A stretch of DNA of 60,176 nt from a virus: the IMG/VR virus record IMGVR_UViG_3300045988_161285, positions 1-60,176 of that record; one strand, written 5' to 3'. Both the position numbers and the translations under genes were made by a program. Under the pieces are notes generated by a model. The model had not been told where the DNA came from. It saw only the letters and a list, made by a program, of their open reading frames with translations, and did not search any database. Shown here piece after piece: positions 55,360-60,176 of this stretch (its first letter is position 1; every line of letters starts with the position of its first letter).

Positions 55360-58317
55360 ATGGAAAAACAAACTAGAAAAATTTTAAAAATATCCGGCAT
55401 TATATCAGGAGGGCTGATTATAGCCGCCTTTATAGTAATTGCAATTGCTCTGAATTTTGTGTTTACTTCTGAAAAGTTAACTCCGGTGGTATTGAAAACT
55501 GCCAATCAGAATTTGAATGCAAAATTGGATATAAAAGATGTAGAACTTACTTTCTTTTCCACCTTTCCACGGCTCGGATTGAAACTGAAAGACGGAACAT
55601 TGGTTTCAAAGGTTATCCGTGACACCATGTGGCAAAGGACTGACACATTATTGTCTTTCAAGAAAGCCGTATTGGTAATTGATGTAATGGATTATTTGCA
55701 ACAGCAAAAGGTAAATATCCATCAGCTTGCCTTAGACAGTGCCAATATCTATGCATACAAGGACGGGACTGGAGCTGCAAATTGGGACATTTTGTTCCCC
55801 GACACGACAAATATAGCTTCATCATCAACAGATACGGCCAGGCATGTGAATGAACTTAATGTCGAACAGGTTGCCATAAAACATGCTACGGTAACCATGG
55901 ATGACCGAGACACACATATCTTTGCCAATCTATGGGACATGAATCTGGACTTGAAGGCAAACATGAAAAAGGAACATTCTGTATTGGCTTTGGATTTCAA
56001 GAACAAGAATGTCCTTTTCTGGCAAAATGGGCAACTGATAACTAATCGTGTCGGCATTCATCTGAGGACTGACATTGAACTGGATGCCGTTCATCGCACT
56101 CTCCTTCTGCGTGACGCTCTAATCAATATAAACGGTACTAAATTAGGGGTAAAGGGAACATTGCGTCATGATGCAATAGCCCAAACCCTTGATTTAGACC
56201 TGCAATATGGGTTGCACGCTCCTTCGTTGGAAACCGTATTGCACATGATTCCAGAAAGTATTCTGCAAAAGAAAGAGGTATCTGTCAAAGGAGAGGTTGC
56301 TTTCAAAGGAGAGCTGAAAGGAACCTATGGAAAACAAAAATTACCATTGGCCACATTGGACATCAAAATTAAGGATGCCTCTGCCCGGTATGCCGGATTG
56401 CCTTATGGCATAGACAAATTAGAAGCCGATTTTTTTGCTCAAATAGATCTGATGCACGATAGCCCCTCCTATCTGAATCTGAAGGCATTCCATTTTAAAG
56501 GGGCAAATACCAGCATACAGGCTGATATGAAAGTAGAGAATCTGTTGGCTGATCCCGATATCACTTTCCATGCTGAATCAACCATAGACCTGAATGCGCT
56601 GAAGCATGCTTTTCCATTACAAGAAAGCATCAGTATGGAAGGGGAAATGGAAACCGATTTGGGAGTACGCTGCCGTATGTCCTCTATAAAGAAGCGGGAT
56701 TGGGGACGTATCACGGCTGAAGGAAAACTCAAGACTGATAAATTCATGCTACGTGATACTCAGAGGAATTTTGAGTTCATAAGTAACGCATCTTTGGCCT
56801 TTGCCGGCAATGAATGGTTAGGGGGGCATGCCCAAATCAAGGATATGATTCTCCGTTCTCCTCAATTAGACTCTGATATGAAAAGTCTTGTGGCTACCGT
56901 CAGGACCATTCCTTCCAAAGACACAACCCGAATGGCTCAGGTAGAATGTAAAATGGAAATGCACAAGCTAAAAGTTGCTTTAGGGGATTCTCTTGGTTTG
57001 TTTTGCGGAAAATCCTCTGCTACATTGAAAGTACAGCCGGGGGAACATAATCCAAGCAAGCCCCAAATAGAACTTGTTATGGAGACAGACACCTTGTTTT
57101 GTCGCATGGGAGGAGTCAAAGCTGGAATGAACAAAGCAGGTATAGGAATCACCGCAGAAAAAATACGTGATTCATTGTGGATGCCCGATGGCATCGTGGG
57201 GTTTAATCATATGGCTGTCTGTATTCCGGAATGTGCACTTCCCATACATATGCAAAAAACCGCTGTAACAGTGGGAAACCGTACTGTCACCTTACGTAAC
57301 GCTACCATGCGTATAGGTAGATCTGACATTACGGCAAGTGGGGTAATCCATGATTTGTATGGAGCTGCGAAACATCACAAAGTTTTACGTGCCAAGCTGA
57401 ATGTTTCGTCGGAGCATTTAGACTGCAACCAGCTGATACATTCAATATCCTTTCCCTCGGATACAATTATGGCAGAAACAGATACAATTTCTACGAATCT
57501 CAAATTGTTTGTCATACCACCGAAGTTAGACTTTGAATTGCAAACCCATTTCCGACAAGTATTTTATGAAAAAGTGATCTTCAATGATGTCCACGGGGCC
57601 GTAGATATTCGTAACCAATCTGTGTACCTGAAGGAGCTTAGCATGAAGGGTATGGGTTCGGAAATGAACACTACGCTTGTTTATCAGGCAAAACGTCCGG
57701 AACAAGGATTTGCGGGTTTTGATTTCCGCTTGCATAACATTAACATAGGAAAGTTGGTCGACCTTGCACCCTCTTTGGATACAATCGTGCCCATGTTACG
57801 TTCATTCGAAGGAACTGTGGATTTCAATATGGCGGCAGCTGCGGCATTAGATTCCAACCTTAACATCAAGATACCGACCTTGCGCTCGGCCATTCATGTA
57901 AAAGGGGACAGTCTTGTACTGATGGACGGTGAGACTTTCGCTGAAATCTCAAAGAAATTCTTTTTCAAGAACAAAAAGAAGAATTTAATCGATAGTATTT
58001 CAGCAAATATTAGTATCAGAGACGGTAAAGTGACAATCTATCCTTTTGAAGTTTCGATGGACCGTTACAAAGCGGCGGTAGGGGGTACGCAAGGATTGGA
58101 TATGAACTTTGACTATCATATTTCCATCTTGAAATCACCGGTACCGTTCAAATTAGGTTTGAACATATCGGGGACTTTGGACGACATGAAATTCAAGTTG
58201 GGCAAAGCCAGATACAAGGACGCTGTTACACCGGCAGAAATACATAAGGTGGATAGTGCTATAGTAAACATGGGACGACAAATTGAAATTGATTTCAAGA
58301 AAATAATGAAAAGATAA
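55360..58317 (+). CDS. AsmA-family outer-membrane biogenesis protein
   Basis: 985 aa from ATG 55360; N-terminal TM ISGIISGGLIIAAFIVIAIAL followed by a long beta-rich domain; track start 55336 is TTG. Confidence 0.6.
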   Translation: MEKQTRKILKISGIISGGLIIAAFIVIAIALNFVFTSEKLTPVVLKTANQNLNAKLDIKDVELTFFSTFPRLGLKLKDGTLVSKVIRDTMWQRTDTLLSFKKAVLVIDVMDYLQQQKVNIHQLALDSANIYAYKDGTGAANWDILFPDTTNIASSSTDTARHVNELNVEQVAIKHATVTMDDRDTHIFANLWDMNLDLKANMKKEHSVLALDFKNKNVLFWQNGQLITNRVGIHLRTDIELDAVHRTLLLRDALININGTKLGVKGTLRHDAIAQTLDLDLQYGLHAPSLETVLHMIPESILQKKEVSVKGEVAFKGELKGTYGKQKLPLATLDIKIKDASARYAGLPYGIDKLEADFFAQIDLMHDSPSYLNLKAFHFKGANTSIQADMKVENLLADPDITFHAESTIDLNALKHAFPLQESISMEGEMETDLGVRCRMSSIKKRDWGRITAEGKLKTDKFMLRDTQRNFEFISNASLAFAGNEWLGGHAQIKDMILRSPQLDSDMKSLVATVRTIPSKDTTRMAQVECKMEMHKLKVALGDSLGLFCGKSSATLKVQPGEHNPSKPQIELVMETDTLFCRMGGVKAGMNKAGIGITAEKIRDSLWMPDGIVGFNHMAVCIPECALPIHMQKTAVTVGNRTVTLRNATMRIGRSDITASGVIHDLYGAAKHHKVLRAKLNVSSEHLDCNQLIHSISFPSDTIMAETDTISTNLKLFVIPPKLDFELQTHFRQVFYEKVIFNDVHGAVDIRNQSVYLKELSMKGMGSEMNTTLVYQAKRPEQGFAGFDFRLHNINIGKLVDLAPSLDTIVPMLRSFEGTVDFNMAAAAALDSNLNIKIPTLRSAIHVKGDSLVLMDGETFAEISKKFFFKNKKKNLIDSISANISIRDGKVTIYPFEVSMDRYKAAVGGTQGLDMNFDYHISILKSPVPFKLGLNISGTLDDMKFKLGKARYKDAVTPAEIHKVDSAIVNMGRQIEIDFKKIMKR

Positions 58318-59143
58318 CATAGACAAATTATCAAGTGGATATGGCGGTAATATCATTGATGTGGATGGCGAGGAGTTCAAGGCGGGAGTGCAACATGTTC
58401 ATTCAGAAGTGGGTTTCAGAGAAGAAATGGCGATTTGTGAAACAGCTTGAACGGCTTCGTAAGGCGCAGGATGAATAATTGATGTTGAAAAAACTAATCT
58501 GGATTTAAAAATGGAGTTGGAGCTGAAACAGTGAGAGAAGAAGAAGCGTAGTGACAAAGAATCGCAAGATGGGTAATGATACGTGGAAAGGGATTGAAAA
58601 AAACACCTTCCTCTTGCGCTCAAAAGGAAGGTGGCCTTAAACGAAACATACAAAGCTTAAAAAAATGCGTTTTTTTGAAACTGCTACAGATAAAGGTGCT
58701 TTGATATGAAATTTTAGGCTAAAGTAGCTCTCTTTTTTCTTTTTCTCAAATATAGGCATAGAAAAATTGTTTTAATGTCCGTTTTATGTATCTTATTGTC
58801 TCTTTTTTGTAATTTTGTTCAGTCTTATGGAGGGAATAAGGCATAAGAAAGTTCCTTTTCCTTAGTCCAGACTTTCCCAAGTACGGACTTTATTGTTATC
58901 CAAGGTTTATGTAACTTTTAATGTCATCTCTCATTTCAGGAAATTAAAGCTATTCTACTGTGGTATTATTCCCCTTATGTGGTATTCTGTTCTACACATT
59001 TCTACACATGATAATTCCTTGCTTCTTTATTAAAACCCTATTTAATAGGTTATTATATTCTCATTTCTGTTTTGGCATTTGTTTTGTTCTATAATTACTG
59101 TAATGAAAGGCATAAAATTAATATCCATTTAAAAATTACGATT

Positions 59144-59470
59144 ATGAAAAAAGTATTAGTAGCATTAGCAGTGGTTGTGGGATTAGGTAGTTCAGTAGCA
59201 TTCGCTCACGTTACATCAGAAGTACAGTCTGTAATTCAGGCTTTGCAAGATCCCCAAGATGAATTTACAAAAATCGAAGTGAAAGATCTTCCCCAGGCTG
59301 TAGTAAACACATTGGCAAAGGACTATGAGAGGGCTACAATAAAAGAAGTGTTTGTTGCAGAGAAAGAAATCGGCAAGGTTTATAAAGTCGTATTGGTTCT
59401 TACTAAAGATGACCAGTCCGCTGAAGAGGTAACGGTTCTTCTGAACGAAAAAGGTGAATCTGTTGAATGA
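59144..59470 (+). CDS. small secreted PepSY-like/BLIP-like domain protein (paralog)
   Basis: ATG 59144, MKKVLVALAVVVGLGSSVAFA signal peptide, 108 aa. Confidence 0.6.
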   Translation: MKKVLVALAVVVGLGSSVAFAHVTSEVQSVIQALQDPQDEFTKIEVKDLPQAVVNTLAKDYERATIKEVFVAEKEIGKVYKVVLVLTKDDQSAEEVTVLLNEKGESVE

Positions 59471-60104
59471 CAATTTTCTTTTTCCCTATTGGGGAAAATT
59501 ACATAATTGATGGAAATGAATGTCAATAAGTAATTGATATGAAAAATCGGTACCATTCATAAGATTGTGTAAATGATAACTCGGATATAAGATATCCGAG
59601 TTGTTTTTTACCTTTATAATTGAAAAAACGATGGATACTGGGTTAAAGAACACAAAGCTGTTTCTGCAGAACTATTGAGTAAAGAGTTTTAAGCCAGTTT
59701 AAGACTGAGTAGGAAGGCAGGCTATTGTCATAAATATTTGCAAGTCAGATATGTTAGAGAAGATGTTTGAGGGAAAGTTGGATGCTTATCTTGGTTACTT
59801 TCAGCCATTATTGTGTGCTTTAATTGATTGTATATATTGAAAGGAACATGCTGGACCTCAGCTTTTGTGTGGCTGAGGTTTTGTCGGAGATAAGAGAGCG
59901 TTGTTAAACGTGCGATAGTAGATATATGTTTTACTGATGATTAGTGGATATTTGTTGACTGTTTATGGAAAAGGCGACTGAATAGTCACTCTTTGGGTTT
60001 ATAATTGTAATAATAGTTTGTTTCTTATTTGTCAGATATTTCTGTTATAGAGGGGTGTCTTATATAAATAATGTTTATATTTGTATTCTAATCTCTATTA
60101 TGTT

Positions 60105-60176
60105 ATGAATGACAAACAACGACTTCTAATTGATTGTATTTCCCTTCTTCCCGTTATAGGCATTCTGGTTTTGATA
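60105..60176 (+). CDS. 5' end (24 codons) of an outward-reading membrane-protein gene, cut by the window edge
   Basis: ATG 60105, MNDKQRLLIDCISLLPVIGILVLI. Confidence 0.5.
   Translation, partial: MNDKQRLLIDCISLLPVIGILVLI

Larger units (their letters stand above)
58950..60176. repeat. right arm of diverged inverted repeat (partner 1-1145)
   Basis: see left arm; block order differs (promoter-gene-blockC-blockA versus the rc of blockA-gene-promoter-blockC). Confidence 0.85.

Noticed and set aside
58318-58700. Protein-like reading frames downstream of the AsmA-like gene (for example GYGGNIIDVDGEEFKAGVQHVHSEVGFREEMAICETA)
   Set aside because: All frames are interrupted within 40-55 codons and there is no start context. 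It is possibly a decayed gene remnant, but too fragmentary to call a pseudogene.
1-60176. Search for CRISPR arrays, reverse transcriptases (retron/DGR), IS transposases, rRNA genes
   Set aside because: No regularly spaced direct repeats were seen apart from the 12-bp in-gene repeat. No YxDD-type RT or DDE transposase motifs were seen in any ORF over 60 aa. No rRNA-like sequence was found.

Overview
A ~60-kb low-GC segment with Bacteroidota-style promoter boxes (TAnnTTTG). It is almost entirely a tailed-phage genome (prophage-like, about 6.1-53.3 kb) read on the minus strand. Gene order from right to left: (1) a CI/LexA-like repressor with three palindromic operators (51.0 kb) and two downstream passenger genes; (2) early genes; (3) three tRNA-derived RNA genes with aberrant anticodon arms (46.8-47.4 kb); (4) a recombination module (Sak4-like ATPase, PD-(D/E)XK nuclease, NinB-like); (5) a replication module (SNF2 helicase, VRR-NUC, DnaD-like organiser with 12-bp tandem repeats); (6) DNA-modification genes (C5-MTase, helicase-MTase fusion, ParB-like, GT-A-like, MazG-like) plus an FRG-domain moron; (7) small and large terminase; (8) virion genes (tape-measure-like, ClpP-type protease/scaffold, capsid, portal-like, a GC-rich tail block); (9) tail-fibre genes ending in a four-cassette invertible region, with crossover sites at 8616, 9018 and 9527 (direct) and 11355 (inverted), next to a Hin/Gin-type serine invertase; (10) a lysis cassette with a GH108 endolysin. 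Left of the lysis genes lie two separately promoted toxin-antitoxin-like defence operons. One is an XRE-M78 peptidase pair (RosmerTA-like). The other is a DprA-like + two PRTase + HAD operon (an expanded ShosTA-like layout). No integrase, excisionase, transposase, reverse transcriptase or CRISPR array is visible. The window is bracketed by ~1.1-kb diverged inverted repeats carrying paralogous PepSY-like genes. A ~430-bp direct repeat links the phage invertible segment to the region upstream of an AsmA-like gene in the right flank. All functional calls come from motif recognition by eye; no database search or folding program was run.
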